DNA from: Lama glama
Lineage: Eukaryota
Assembly: GCA_028534125.1 (NCBI GenBank)
Contig: CM052817.1
Location: forward strand, 49,230,001 to 49,294,000
Reading direction: 5' to 3'
Length of the DNA: 64,000 nt
The notes beneath the pieces are model-generated. The model saw nothing but the letters and a program-made list of their open reading frames with translations, did not search any database and was not told the origin of the DNA. A program made the translations under genes and the position numbers. Below are positions 13,300 to 27,636 of this stretch, piece by piece (positions within the stretch are counted from its first letter, which is position 1; each line of letters starts with the position of its first letter).

Positions 13300-15300
13300 T
13301 ATTTTGTTCATAAAGATTTCGTGTGTCCCTTATACTGGGCAGCATCTCCTCTGGTGAGGATTCTTTACTTGGTAGGATGACCCAAATCTTTATCTACTTC
13401 AAATCAAAGTGCTAATATATCTTGTCTGAATGATTTGTCATAGCGCTTCATTGACCTTTACTATTGGAGATCAGAGTATTGTGATGTGCCCCAGCAATCT
13501 GCTGGATACTAGACATAATTTTGCCTACACTTATCATATGTCAACAACCTAGTTCATCTTTGGTATTTTGGATAAATTACCACAGCTCAGAGAGTAATGA
13601 TTTCTCTAATTGAATTATGAAGCAGAGGAGCCCAAAATATTCAAGACAGCTTCCAAGCTAAGAAAATTATGTCTATATGCCTGGGTGGAATCCTTGCTCT
13701 CTTGAGAAATGCAGTCTCCAAACTGTTGGACTCCAAGTTGTAGTAATAAAAAACAAACTTATCTCAGGCAAATTAGGAAGCATACTTGTTAGAGGACGCA
13801 TTCCCACTTTCAGTCCTTTGAAATCTTAACCCATGCATTCAAACTGAAATACAGAAGGCGTCTTACATCAGGCCATGATTTAAAGCATACACTGCATCCT
13901 TTAAGCCAGCACCTGAAATACATAAGGTATTATCTCCCAGCTAAAACCCTGAAAAGCTTTCATTACCTAGTGGGAAACTCGGTAAAATAAGCAAATTTCA
14001 TGAATATTAGATTTTGCTGCATTTCCTCAGCTGTAAATACATTTCCTGGTCATATACAATGTTAATACCAATATCATGACTTTTATTAAGATTTTATGTC
14101 CACAGTTTGTGATGCTGTCAGAAATACTACAGGGAGATGGGGTGGGCAGGGGCTGGGGGAAATTCGTTATTTGGAAATTATAACTTACATCTGTGAAAGA
14201 AAATTTTCTTTCCTCTAGAATGGAAGTGATCAATGCAATCTTCTACCTCTGACTGGCTAGAATCCTAGGGATTGGTGCTATAGTGGGAAGGAGAAGGTTG
14301 GGAAGATATCCTCTACTAACAGATAAAACATTTAACAGCTGGAGTAGCCAGATGAGCCTTAGTGAGGCGAAGTCCATACTGTATATTCATGTATAGTTTC
14401 CATACCATTCTCCTTTGCCCCTCTGTTCATAAAGGTTCATGATAAAATCCTGGAGCATCTGGAAAAAGACATTGGCATCCATAGGACTGCTCATCCAGAA
14501 CACATTGTCTGTTGCATTTGATTTCTGGAGGAAATTCCCATGGGATATGAATAGCTTTATACTCTATGAAAATTCCAAGAGGCTTATCCACATAATTCTA
14601 CCTCAGACCTTGTATTTAATCTTCCCTCTGACTCTTCCCAAGTCTTTGATCAGTCAATCCATCCACTAACCACACCACCGATGAAATCTGAATATCTGTA
14701 AAACAGGACATTTTTCCCTATAAAGAGGAATTATCCAGATGCACTGCTTGACATTCTACTCTTTGTGAAGGAGTTGTTTCACCATCTTTCAGGGACACCC
14801 TTGAATGGGACTTTAACAATGCTTACTTTCTGCTGCTGCAAGAATACTGTACATCTCTTATATGAATTGGCCTTGAGGATGTTTTTCCTGCTTTCAGCTG
14901 GGAATTCCACTCTAAGTCTGAAGATGGAGATTGACTAAGATTTATTTTAAAACATTGGTAGGTTCCAGAAAAGTCTTAGCCACATGCAAAGACATTTACT
15001 TGTTTTTCTGGATCTGCTCTGGTCTGCTGTCACACATACTGTATTTCCTTAATTGTAGAACGTTGCTGCTGAATATTCAGTTATATTTTTGTTTTTACAA
15101 CATAATGGTCATTGGAAGTAGCATAATCACTTGGTGCCCATGACCAGGTGTTCGGTCTCAACAGAGCAAAATAATCAGTGAAGGGCTGTTTCTTCTAATG
15201 GAGAAGAAATGTCAGAAAAATAGGTCATAGAAATGCCCAAAATCCTAGGATTTTTTTGACGTTTATCAAAAGTTTATTTAACTGTCTGCCATCTATCTGC
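13300..15300 (-). mobile_element. Degraded ERVL/MaLR internal sequence
   Basis: Composition and phrases recognised as ERVL-type internal region; no intact ORF; boundaries approximate. Confidence 0.5.
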
Positions 15301-15334
15301 TACAGGCACAGCAGATACACTTGGATTTTCTTCT

Positions 15335-16030
15335 TTTTAAATTGTGGTTTAAAAAAATGAGATCTGCCCTCTCGTATTTTCACCCGTACGGAACAGGATT
15401 GTTAACTATAAGCACAATGTACAACTGATCTCTAGGACCTGTGCAGCTTGCACGGCTGAAACTTCCACTTCCTGAACTGCAACTCCCATTGCGCCCTCCC
15501 TCTGTCCCTGGCATTCACCACTCCACTTTCTGCTTAATTGAGTTTGATTACTTAAAATACCTCATATAACTAGGATCACACAGTACTTTTTCTTCTGTGA
15601 CTGGTCTATTGCACGTAGCATAATGTCCCTACGTTTCTTCCACGTTGTAGCATGTGACAGAATTTCCTTCTTTTTTTTAATATTCCATTGTATGCATATG
15701 CCACAGTTTCTTTTTCCATTCATCTGTGAATTTGCTTTTAGTTTCCCTTTATAGCTTAGTTATTGTGAGTAATGCTGCAATGAACATGCTAGTGCAGATA
15801 TCTTTTTGAGATATTGACTGCAATTATTTTGGATAAGTACCCAGAACAGGAATTGCTGATCATATAGTGCTCAACTTTTAGTATTTGGAGAATCTCCTTA
15901 CTTTTTTCAGTAGTGGACACACCCTTTTACTTTTTCATCAACAATGCACAAAGATTCCAACTTCTGCAGATCCTTAGCCATACGTGTTATTTTTTGTTTC
16001 TTTCATAATGGCCATACTGACAGATATGAC
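15335..16030 (-). mobile_element. L1 3' end (L1MA/MB-like)
   Basis: Typical antisense L1 text: tattccattgtatgcatatgccacag...aatgctgcaatgaacat...acccagaacaggaattgctga. Confidence 0.8.
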
Positions 16031-17499
16031 AAGTATTTCTAGCTATTTTGTTAGGTAACTAACATATATTTCTCTAGTACTTACAATGACTCCATGATGC
16101 AGACATGTACATTTTAGTAGAATGAGTAAGAAAGCCATATGCATTTAATGGAATTTTGTGGAGATATATATAATCATAAGTTTAAAAAATAAGTGTTTAT
16201 ATAAATGTATACATGTAATTCCATATATATTTGATTTTCATTTCAAATTATACATGCCAATGAATAATAACTAGAAAAAGTATAAAACTTAATTCAATGT
16301 TTATTTCACTCTCATTTATTCAACAAACATTTTTAGAGAAAATATGGAAAGATTTTGGAGAATCATTGTGCTATTATAAGGGATATAATAGTTAATAAGA
16401 TTAACACTGTATTTTTCACCTAGTAGGAGCTCCTAAAGTGCACATAACATAAGCTTCATTGCTGATAAATGAATAGCAATAGTCCTGGTTATAGTAGACA
16501 AATGCAGAAAATCATGGTTCCAGACAAAGGACAAAGGAAAGACTCATAATTTTAAGAAAGTAGAAAACTAATGTTGAGAAGTTTATTATTTGTAGAACCT
16601 TTCAAATAAGCCAGAATGAATAAATATTAATAGGGCCAAATCACTCAAGCAATATAAGCCATATGAAGCTGTGGGAATTTGTCCTATAATTAACTCTTGA
16701 ACTTTAAGTCTCTCAGAATCCAGGTATCCCAAACAAAAGGGTAAAATATGAGAAGTCCCAATGTTAAGATGATGAGGAGGAAATTTCCTATCCATCTCTT
16801 TAAGACAAGTTTATAATGTCTTTTTGCATATACTGAATTAAATGGCATATTTAGGCAAAATAGCCCAGCACTCATCAAATTTAGGCTTTTTGCCTTCATT
16901 GATGTGATTTTGAACATGAAAAGAAACAACACAAGCACAATGCCATACAATGGCTATCTCTGAGAAGGAGCTGAGCTGAACTTCGACTCACAGGCTCGAA
17001 CCTAACAATACTTAGATAAACTAATTTTTGCAACAGCTCCTTTTGGAGCTATTGAAACAAAGACACTTAAAATATATTTGGATATTTTCTTGTAAAATTG
17101 ATTTAAATTAAAAAAAAATCTCCTTCAGGAAATGCTGTCTGGATGTGTTAATTTTCTATTTCAAAGACACTCAATCAAACAGCATAAAATAAATGCTGTT
17201 AGAATCCACAAATCTGAATCTAAATTTCATATGATCTTTCTCACTCATATCAAGGACAATGCCAACTACTAGATAGCAAAGCAAGTGATATTATGGAAGC
17301 TCCTAAAGCTTTTCTCCCTGTGGGAGGATGGAGAGGTTGGATGGCGATGAAAGGGAGAGAAAATTCAAAGAGAACATTCCAGGGTCATGCTGTTTCCTGA
17401 CTGAAATCTTTAAGGATGAGTAGGATTTACCCAGTGTGTACAAAGCTTAGCAGGCAGTGATTACAAGTATAAGCATAAAGAGATGGGTTTATATTTCAC

Positions 17500-18368
17500 T
17501 TTTGGAGATTTTTAGCTTCTTCAATAATGGAAACAAGAATATGGCTCCTTGCTCTCCCCTCTGTACAACCACGTCAATATTTCCATGCCTTGAGGTTCTC
17601 ATATCAAAAGGCGACACCTTCATCTCAGTGACTGACACCAAACTTTACGCTAGTCCTTGTTTGCATTCATTCCTTCCCACTTACACCTGCATGCCAGCCA
17701 GCCTTGAGTCCTTTTGGTTTCTCCTCAAAGGCACTCTTTGAATCCACCATGAACCCTCAAGTGGACGTCTGCAGGGTCTCCTAACTATACTTCTTTTTTC
17801 CACATTTCTTCTCTTTTTCATCATCCATCCTTCAGCCAGCAACCAGAGTGACCTTTTAAACCTCAAATCAAATTTGTCACTGGTCAGTTCCATATTATAA
17901 GTCACAAAGTCCACCTCAATACCACGTCCCTCAAGCACCCTCCTGAATGAGGAAACTCTGATCTACCTCGCCTGCCTGCCCCACCGCTATTCCTCTAGCA
18001 CGTTGTGCTCCTGACTACAGACACTTCCTTTCCCACCAGCCAGAGAAAAGCTCACACTGAGGTTTTCTTTTTTAATATTTTGTCCCCTTTTCCAGAAATA
18101 CCTTTCCTAGCTCTTGTGTAATCCTTTAGAGTTCAGCTTAAATTTAGTTTTGCTTAAAGTAGTCCTTTCCCACCCTATATAATTCCCTTCCAAAACAATT
18201 CTTTTTATCTTATTTCTTCCTTACATTTGTATTGATTAATAAAATATAAATAATGGAAGGCAAAGCCCCTTATCTTGTTTGTTATCAGATTCTCCAGTAC
18301 CTAGTGGTCATCTGGGTATATAGCAGGCATACAGTAAATATTAACTGATATAGTGAATAAATAAAGAA
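17500..18368 (+). mobile_element. L2 3' fragment
   Basis: gcaaccagagtgaccttttaaa...ctccagtacctag...tagcaggcatacagtaaata...gaataaataaa. Confidence 0.65.
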
Positions 18369-18779
18369 TACATATTTATTGACAGACAGAGGCTGCCATA
18401 TTAGAAAAAGAGACTGGGAGTGAATAGAAGACAGTAGAAAACCTCAAGTGTTGGTGAATCAGAAAGCACAAGAAGAATTTCAGTAGCTGAAATAAAGTAG
18501 AGTTGACTTTTAGGCCATGTAAGTAAAATGACTGAAGTTATATTCTTTAATATGATTTAGGAATTTTGCTGCTCATCCTGGTATGAGCTATTTCCATGAA
18601 ATAATAGAAAAAGAAAATATAAGATAGATAGAAGATAAGGAAATGAGAGAAAATGTATAGACAAATTTTATAAAATTTAGTTGCAAATGGAAAAAAGAGA
18701 TAACATGAAACTTGAAGATACTGTGTCAATATCTCTATCTCTATCTATCTATCCATCCATCCATCTAGCTATCTTATAT

Positions 18780-19010
18780 AACATTGTTCAGTGTCACATG
18801 CTTGGCATTATTCTAAGTTTTCTAAATGTATTAACCCTATTCCTTCTTCCCTTATAGGAAGAGGGTATTACTTTTAGTACATTTTATATGTAAGGAAATT
18901 GAGGCACAAATAGATTAATAATTTTTAATGTCATATGGCTGAGTCGTGTTTGGGGAGGACTTACCATAAGCACATGAGCCCAGAACCCATACTGTTAAAA
19001 ATTACATTAG
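18780..19010 (+). mobile_element. MIR SINE
   Basis: Core attttatatgtaaggaaattgaggcacaaatagattaa. Confidence 0.65.
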
Positions 19011-21104
19011 ATATTTTTGATTTATATATAGCTCTTTAGTGAGGAAGAGCCATTACGGAGAACAAGTTGAAGATATAAGAAAGGAGGGGGATAATATAGA
19101 TGAAGTGAGGACCTCAGGAAAAAACTGACCTTGACAAGAGTGAATCTCATGGTAGTAATTCACTAGATGTAAAAGGTGAGGAAGAGGAAAGGAAGTTTTG
19201 CTTGTAGGCAAGTTTGTAGTATTCAGGTTGGGAAGTAAACAATTTGATCCCACGCAAAGATAAGACAGAATATAAGTTTTTTCACATTTATTTCAAGTTC
19301 TACATGCACTCAAGTGTTTTACACTCAAGCTAATCACTACTTATGTTCTTCCATATACTAAGAAACACTCTATTCATCTTATCTGCCATCAAATTACACC
19401 TAGCAACACTTCAAAAACCTTCCAGTGCTCTTGGTAAACTCAGTGTCCCTTGCCTCCTATAGGGAGAGACCTCTTCTCCAGTTTTACTGGAAGTGTGTCC
19501 AGGCTTTGTGTACCACTCCATATTCCTCTGTCTCCATCTACGGCCCCACTTCTCTTTCTCCCTATACAGCCATCCTCGTGTACTGGTGGGAAAGATTTGT
19601 TCCAATTGCAGTCACCACTCGTAGTAAATGATTAAGGGCCCCACAAAACAGAAAAATTATGATTTCCAGCATCAGAGATAAGGACCAAACACCTATCAAA
19701 GTGAAGAAAGTAAGTCCTCTTCATATAATCTTATTTCTTTCCCATCATTTCCCTAAAACGTCAATGTAATCCCACATCTAATTCAGTGATAATTCCTGGG
19801 AACATTTGTTAGAAGTTAATACTACCCTTTCAAAACTCTTCCACTTTGTTTAGCTTCCTAACTGCTGTCTGTCCTGTTTGTTTCCTTGGATATAGAGGCT
19901 GGTCCTAGGCATCAGCTTTTGGAAAAACAAATGAAATACTTGCACGGGCCACAAAAGGACAGATACCACTACATCAGAGACTATAAAATGGAATTCTTTA
20001 TATCTTACTTCAGACTTACTCATTTGGAGTTCTCAAATAGCAGAGATGTGACCCTTGATCTCCTTTCAGTATCTCCGGCTGAGGCAAAATCTGTGTGGTT
20101 TTGCAACTGTGACAACAAAGCAATTTGATCACAAAATATCACACGTTTAGTATACCTAATATATTCTCTGAATTATTTACATTTTTTGCATATGACTGTA
20201 GTTTGTTCATCCTCACCGTTGTGATATCCCATTACATCAATATACCACAATAATTTACCCAAATGTGTGTATAGCTGCATTGTAAATCTAAAACATATTT
20301 CAATACTACCTTTTCTTTACCACAACACAGTAGATGTAATCAAACTATCCACCTTGAATTTTCACTTAATTTTACATCTTTTTTGTACTTCTACTTGCTT
20401 TATAGTTTAAGGTGGTGATATTAGCTGCATTCACATAATTATTATAGCTTCCTAGTGAACTGAAATTTTTAATATTTTTTTCTCAGTAACTTTTATTTTT
20501 GATAATGCTTTTTAGTTGGAATAAATTATTTTCTAATATCAATATAACAATATCTGTATTCTTTTGTCAAGTATATATATATTTTTCATATATTTACTTT
20601 AAATGTATATTTTTAATGTTTTGATGTTTTTTTAATTCTGAATATAATTAGATATTTTAAAATCTACTGTTTATGAATATTTTCTAAACACAAAATTTTC
20701 ATCTACTTTTATTCATTTGGAAACTATTATATTTCATTCTCAATATCTTTTCATGAGTTTTCTGAATTTTAGATTATATTTCCCCAACTTTCTTTTGTTT
20801 TTAAAACTGGATGCTTAGTGTTTTGCTGTGCTTTTCTATTTTTCTCTTTTATTACCTGAAAGTTACACACCAGACTAATATTTAGGTGTACCTCTCTTAA
20901 CCAGTGCATAACTGAATTTTTATAATCAATGTAAGTTTTACATCTTTTATGTGGGAACTTTTACCCAGTGATAAATGCTAGTGAAACTGACATATTTTAC
21001 TTTTATGATCATTTTGTATATTTCTATTTCTCTGATTTTTAAAAATTCTTTTTTTCCTTTTGGCTTTTTATTATGTTCCCATGGACTAGTTGAAGTTTTA
21101 TTGT

Positions 21105-21548
21105 ATTTTGTATTAAAGTATAAGTGAATTACAAAGTTATACTTGTTTCAGGTATACAACACAATGATTCAATATTTTTATGCATTTCTAAATGATCAAT
21201 ATAAGTCTAGTTACAATCTGTCACCATTCAAAAATATTACAATATTATTGACTATATTCCCTATGCTGTAATTACATACCTTTGATTTATTTATTTTATA
21301 ACTGAAGTTTGTACCTCTTAGCCTCCCTCACCCATTTCACTGATTTCCCTAGACTTATCACCTCTGGAAACCACCAGTTTATTTTCTGTATCTATCAGTT
21401 TATTTCTGTTTTCTTGTGTTCGTTTTATTTTTAGATTTTACATACAAGAGAATTAAACAGTAGTTGTCTTTCTCTGACTTATTTCACTGAGCATAATATC
21501 CTCTAGGTCCATCTCTGTTGTTGCAAATGGCAAGATTTCATTTTTTAT
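21105..21548 (-). mobile_element. L1 3' end
   Basis: gtttcaggtatacaacac...gactatattccctatgctg...gacttatttcactgagcataat. Confidence 0.8.
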
Positions 21549-22099
21549 ATAGAATTTACTACATAAATCATAGATAATTGTGGGTCTCTCAAACACTAGA
21601 AATGTTTTATTATCTTAGCACTATTCTCAGTGTGGCCTGCTCTAAGTAAGAAAGTGCACATTCGAGTCACAACTGCAGAGATAGTTTCCTCACTTTTGGG
21701 GGGGGGGTGGTTAACAACAACAGTGTTTAAAGCAGACTTGCAAGTAAGTAGTTTCTTTCCCAGTGGTGGATAAAATCTTAGGCCAAGCATTCATTAAGGA
21801 ATGCAGATTTCCTTAACTAAATCTTGAAGAATGGGGAAGAATGATATTATACAGGAAAAAGGGGGACTGGTTGTTTTCTGGGCCAATTTGCAAGGCTAGT
21901 TTAAAGAGCACAGGAGGTAAAGTTATAAAAGGGCTGGACTACTGCAAAAATTACAAGTAATTAGATCAAGGCACTTATAGAGGCAGGTTTTGTCATGTAA
22001 TTTACTCAGTATTAGAGAAACAATAAGGAGTATCAAGTATTTCTCTCAATTCTTGACAGTGAAAAACTCACAACTGACTTAAACCTTTCCTGTTGAAAA

Positions 22100-22260
22100 A
22101 TTGCACTTCCTGTTCTGGGTGCTACTGTTAAACACCCTGGTACTTTGAGTTGGCGTGCACAACATCAGCGACCGCCTTAATAATGCAGCAGTCTGCGTAT
22201 TGTCATTGGCTGGTAGACTAAGCGCTGAGTCACCTGGGCTCAGTAATTTCAGTAAGTACA
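22100..22260. promoter_or_regulatory. Candidate xenobiotic-responsive element (XRE + ARE)
   Basis: TGGCGTG (XRE TNGCGTG) 22151-22157; GCTGAGTCAC (ARE RTGACnnnGC on -) 22224-22233; ETS-like CACTTCCTG; local CpG retention. Confidence 0.3.
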
Positions 22261-22644
22261 TTTTTTGTTGGTAGTTCCCCTTTATTGAAATACAGCAAAG
22301 GTACTCTTCTGTCTCTTCCATTTATAGTTCTCTGGGAGAACTTTACTTATTTATATTTTTGTCTTTTTTGTGTGTGTATGTATTTTATTCTACATTTTAA
22401 TAATGTTGTGTAGATGCTTGCATGATATAATCTAGTCATACAGTTCCTCAAAAGGTCTTGCTGCTATTAGGTGTCATGCACTATACCCATCATAATTACA
22501 TTAAATGCAGCTTGTATGTAAGCAAATACAGGACAATTGGCCAAATAATAATAACAATAAAACTTAGAACACCATATTAGATAGTATGGTGGAGGGAAAC
22601 CTTCCCAAGAAGGAGAAGTTTAAGATGACATTAGAAGGATGAGA

Positions 22645-23060
22645 TAGAGACCAAAAGAGAAAACCTATCATATGATGTCATTTATATATGGAAAATTTTT
22701 TAAAAATCAAATTTTATTTACAAACCAGAAATAGACTCATGGTCATAGAAGACAAACTGTGGTTACCAGGGGAGAAAGACAGAGGGAGGAATAGATAAGG
22801 AGCTTGAGATTAAGAATTACATATTATCATATGTAAAATAGATAAGCAACAAAGACCTACTATATAGCATGGAGAACTATATTCAATATCTTACAATAAA
22901 CTATAATGGAAATGAATCTGAAAAAGAATCTATATATGCATATATATAACTGAATCACTTTGCCTTACAAAAGAAATTAATACAACATTGTACATCAACT
23001 ATACTTCAATAAAAAATAAAGATTAAAAAATAAATTCAAAAAAATTTTAAAAGAAGAGAA
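22645..23060 (+). mobile_element. L1 3' end (cetartiodactyl type)
   Basis: acaaaccagaaatagactc...aaaatagataagcaacaaagacctactatatagca...actatacttcaataaaaaa. Confidence 0.85.
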
Positions 23061-23550
23061 AAAAAGCAATTGTAAGGGTACTGACATAGACCAAGATTTT
23101 GCCCCTAGCTTTGTCGAGGTATAAGTAATAAATCTGTGTAGATTAAAGTATAAAATGTGATGATGGGTATGTGTATACATTGTGAAGTATTAAGCACAAT
23201 CAATATGATTAAAAATTTACCACCTTACATAGCTTTCTTTGTGTGTGGGGGCAGGTGAGGGGAAATCCTTCAGATTAATGTGAGAAGACTCAAACTTGTA
23301 AATCAACTCTACTTTAATTAAAAAAAAAAAAACTCAAACTGCTGGAGACTTCTTAGGCACATCAATGTAATCCCTCCATCACACAGTCTCTTGGCCTCAG
23401 GCACTCCGGGTGTGCCCCAGGTGAGTGGATAGAGGCAGAGAGAGAGGAAGGGAAAGAGAGTGAGGGAAAAAAAGTCAGCAAGAGAGACACAGAATTACCG
23501 CCTTTTCCAACCAAGCTTGGAGGCTAAGGTGCATCACTTCCACTGCATTC

Positions 23551-24157
23551 TTTTTTTTTTTAATTGAAGTATAGTTGATTCACAATGTTATGTTAGTTTC
23601 TGGTGTACAGCAGAGTGATTCATTTATACATACACATATATAATCCTTTTCATATTCTTTTTCATTATAGGCCATTACGAGGTGATGAATATAGGTCCCT
23701 GTGCTATACAGTATAAACTTGCTGTTCATCTATTTTATATATAGTAGTTAGTATCTGCAAATCCCAAACTCCCAATTTGTCCCTCCCTACCCGTTATCCC
23801 CATGGTAACCATAGATTTGTTTTCTATGTCTGTGACTCTGTTTTGTAAATAAGTTCATTTGCACCCTTTTTTTTTTCCAGATTCCATATATAAGTGACAG
23901 TATTTTTCTTTCTCTTTCTGGTTTACTTCACTTAGTATGACAATCTCCAGGTCCACCCATGTTACTGAAAATGGCATTATTTTATTCTTTTTATGGCTGA
24001 GTAGTATTGCATTGTATAAATATACCACAACTTCTTTATCCAGTCATCTGTCAATGAACATATATGTTGCTTCCATATTTTGGCTATGGTAAATAGTCCT
24101 GCTATGAATATAGGGGTGCATGCGTCTTTTCAAATTAGATTTTCTTCTGGATATATA
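23551..24157 (-). mobile_element. 5'-truncated L1 with TSD, inside an MLT1-like LTR remnant
   Basis: poly(T) + L1 3'UTR; TSD cattcttttt at 23546 and 24158. Confidence 0.85.
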
Positions 24158-24749
24158 CATTCTTTTTATTGAGACAGCTGCAAGCTTTTCCAGAGTTCAA
24201 GGGGAGGAGATATGATGGGAGGATTGTCCAAGCATTTGTAGTCCTGTCTCAAAATCACTACAGGTATAATATGTTGAATTAAGCCAGCAGAGTTCACCAA
24301 GCCACAATAAAATTTATTAAATATTGCCATTAAAAACTCAGCAGTTGCTAAGAATTATGAGCCTTTAGATTTTACAACTATTGAAAATTTTAAGAAACAT
24401 AGTAATATATTTATTCTTAGATATTTTAAATAAGAAATCATACCATAAAAAGGGACCCACTTCAATAAAATGGATAATACACCACAGAAAAGTAATCGTG
24501 TTTTCCTAAATCATCTTAGGAAAAAAGCAGGTGACAAAAGTGAGGAAGATAGTCTGCTATAGGAAAGCCTGGAGGTTAAGAAGCCCAGTCAAGAGCTACT
24601 GAACATTTATAGATGAGGCATCATTAGCAAGGCTGGTGATTCATTTATCAGTTGTCAACAAGAGATGGCAGTAAAGAGAAAGTCTTTGGGAAGAACCTGT
24701 CACATTGCAGCAACACAGTTTCAGTTTTCTTAAATGAGTGATAAAAACA

Positions 24750-25032
24750 TCTTTAGTCTCAAGGAAAACAAATTTGCATTACTGAGGGGGAAAGGGAGTT
24801 GGAAGGGATAAATTGGGAGTTCAAGGTTTGCAGATTCTAACTACTGTATATAAAATAGATAAGCAACAAGTTTATACTTTATAGCACAGGGAACTATATT
24901 CAATATCTTACAGTAACATATAATGACAAAGAATATATGTATGTGTATGTATGACTGAAACATTATGCTGTACACCAGAAATTGACACAACATTGTAAAC
25001 TGACTATACTTCAATGAAAAAAATGGAAAAAA
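24750..25032 (+). mobile_element. L1 3' end
   Basis: gggataaattgggagtt...tatagcacagggaactatattcaatatc...tgtaaactgactatacttcaat + A tail. Confidence 0.85.
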
Positions 25033-26695
25033 ATTCTCTCTTCTAATCCACATGTCAAACAATTCCAGGACCAGAAATTTTTTTCCTAGTTCTATGTTAG
25101 GTAATACTGAGACCCAGTAAAAATAGCTTAGTAATTTGTCCCAGGATGATAAGTTGTGGCCAAGTAAAGTAGCATGCTTACTAAAACACATAGCTTTCTC
25201 TCTAAGGTAAGAGTCATACCTCACCTCACAGTATCCAGCAATCGGAAGTTATGTCATGAACTCTGCCCAGTCCCAACCAGTTCCTTCCTTTACAAAATTT
25301 CCTCATATCACCAGCCACACCCCAGCATCTTAGAATTACTTTCCCTCTTCTGAAGCAGTAATTTGGCTCAAAGTGCTGTTCCCCCTTCCTGTAATAAATC
25401 AAATGACTATAGCCTTGCTTAACCTGTATTTTTTTTCCATTGTTGTTTGCTTTAGGTTAGTGTTCCTTTGAGGAATTAGCACATAACCCAAGAATTTAAA
25501 AGGATCTGACCTCCTAACAGAATTCCTTGAATAAAGTGGAAAGCCACTGTAAGTAGCCTTCTTGACTTTGTATATCACTCTATGTCCAATATATTTACTA
25601 GTGAATTTATCCGCGTTTCTTCTTGGCGGTTTTCAGGAAGTCTCTCTAGGTACGTAGGTTTTCCTGAATATGAATGCTATACAAGAAAATATAACCTGAC
25701 TATAGGGTGTCATATAATTGCTTTGGTAAAAGAAGGAAAGTGGTCTTGTTAAATCATCTCTATGTACATTGATAAGAACTCCCAATTTGCTAACCACAAT
25801 ATTTTCCTGGTGTTTCAAATTCTCACTACAGATAGGCTCCCTAAATTAAGCCTCTGGTGAGACTGATATATTAACTTTCTTTTCTGGTGAAACTACATTA
25901 ATTAACTGAGAGAAGGATTTATGAAAACAGTTTTTTTGGTCAAGGTTTTATATACTTTTCCTTCTAGCACGTGCTCTGATGCAATAGATCATGTTATATT
26001 GATATCATCTCATATTAAGAAAACAGCTTTTTAAAACCTCCTGTAGTCTGTTTTCTTCCTATTTTCAAAGTCCTACTGAAATTGCTGTATATCAATATTA
26101 TTTTAATATCAAATGCTTAAATCTTGAATATAAATTTGATACTGTTTCTAATCCTTACTCAGATATTTTAAGGGATCTAAAGCTACAATTTATAATGAAT
26201 ATGACAAATTTTACCTGTAAACTATTTATATAGGGTAAATTTTACTGTCAAATTCCACCCAAAATAAATAGGTAAAGAAGTAAATGAGTTGGTGGGTAAA
26301 ACATATGATCAATCTATCCATGAACTAATTGGGGTCCACAACATAAAAGTATAGAAAATCTTCCTTTATATTTTTAACATGAATGCCTGTTGTGTAAGTT
26401 GATACTAAACCAAATGTTACCTCCCTAATATCTTACTTTTTCAGGCAATTTAAATGATTGAAATAGAATTTCTCTTCTCTAATATATGCATTTCTGAATG
26501 ATTTATAATGCACCACTACAACTAATTCCTGAGAGAGGCTTATTTTCATGAATAATATTATCAGGGTACAATAATCCTGATCTCTGTTGTGTGGTGAAGT
26601 TCTTTGATCTCAGGTAGGAGCAGACCAAATGCTGGAGTGGAGTGCATTCCCAAAGTTTTTGGAAAAAAATATCATGAGTTTGCCAGTATATAATC

Positions 26696-26697
<2 letters not shown>

Positions 26698-26741
<44 letters not shown>

Positions 26742-26746
26742 GATTT

Positions 26747-26785
<39 letters not shown>

Positions 26786-26787
26786 AT
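26698..26787. repeat. (TA)n/(TG)n compound microsatellite
   Basis: Directly visible. Confidence 0.95.
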
Positions 26788-26989
26788 CAGAAGGAATCTC
26801 TCCAGTCTTGATACTTGTGAAACTGCTTAAAGCTTCAAATAGAATTTTAACATTTCTTTCTTCTCTTCTTCTTACTTTGGTTTCTGAGACAAATTTCTCT
26901 TGTCAAAAGGGCACTAATAAAAGTTGAAATCACATAGCTAGTTTTTCTTCAGTGCTATACTCTTGGCACTATGTAGGGGCTTTATCTGT

Positions 26990-27636
26990 CTGGTCTATTC
27001 TTTTATTCTCAGTAGATATGTTCTATAAAGTTGCTGTGATCACGGCATTAGTGAGCACTGAGTCAGTGCTCCTAGGTTCCCTCAAGCCTCTTGTCCCAGT
27101 ATTTTCATCAACTGATAAACATATGACTTTGTTTTATGTGTGTTTCTGTTTCAAAACACCTTATTTGATCTATATTGCTGATTCATTAACACTGAACTCA
27201 TAGCCAACTGTGCTATAACTCATGGAACCGAATGAAATTTATCTAGAGAACATATTTTCTTCCTGAGGCACATCCCAGCCTCCTTACTTCTTCTTAAGAA
27301 AAATAGAAAGCACGTCAGCACCCTCCTGGGGGCCATTCTAAACAGTGAAATCGGCAACAAAAGGGCACAAAATACAAAAAAATAGTAGCATTAATGAGAC
27401 TGGAAAGGGACACTTGTTCACAGTCTGAGAGCTGCTACAACAAGGCAGAGTGCTGCCTTGTTCAAGACTCACCTGGGAACGTGCGTTTTGTGAGTAAATG
27501 TTTTTATTGTTCTCTGTGTGTGTCCATAAATGACCATGAAAGCACCGCAAGCACTGATTTTGGGGTTAGAAATAAATTTTAGTGAGTTGGCAAATTTGAA
27601 AATACAGAATCTGTATATAATGAGGAATGGCTGTAC
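26990..27636. mobile_element. MER82-like Tigger-derived DNA transposon
   Basis: About 650 bp; cagtagatatgttctataaagt...ttttatgtgtgtttctgttt...aatgaggaatggctgta. Confidence 0.7.

Noticed and set aside
16586..16950. Overlapping - strand ORFs, possibly a decayed UGT exon 1
   Set aside because: Only a few residues resemble it (LNMPF); not supportable without a search
25633..25818. Possible decayed UGT exon 3 (ENIVVSKLG) downstream of the pseudoexon
   Set aside because: Similarity too weak; no matching splice sites or exon length
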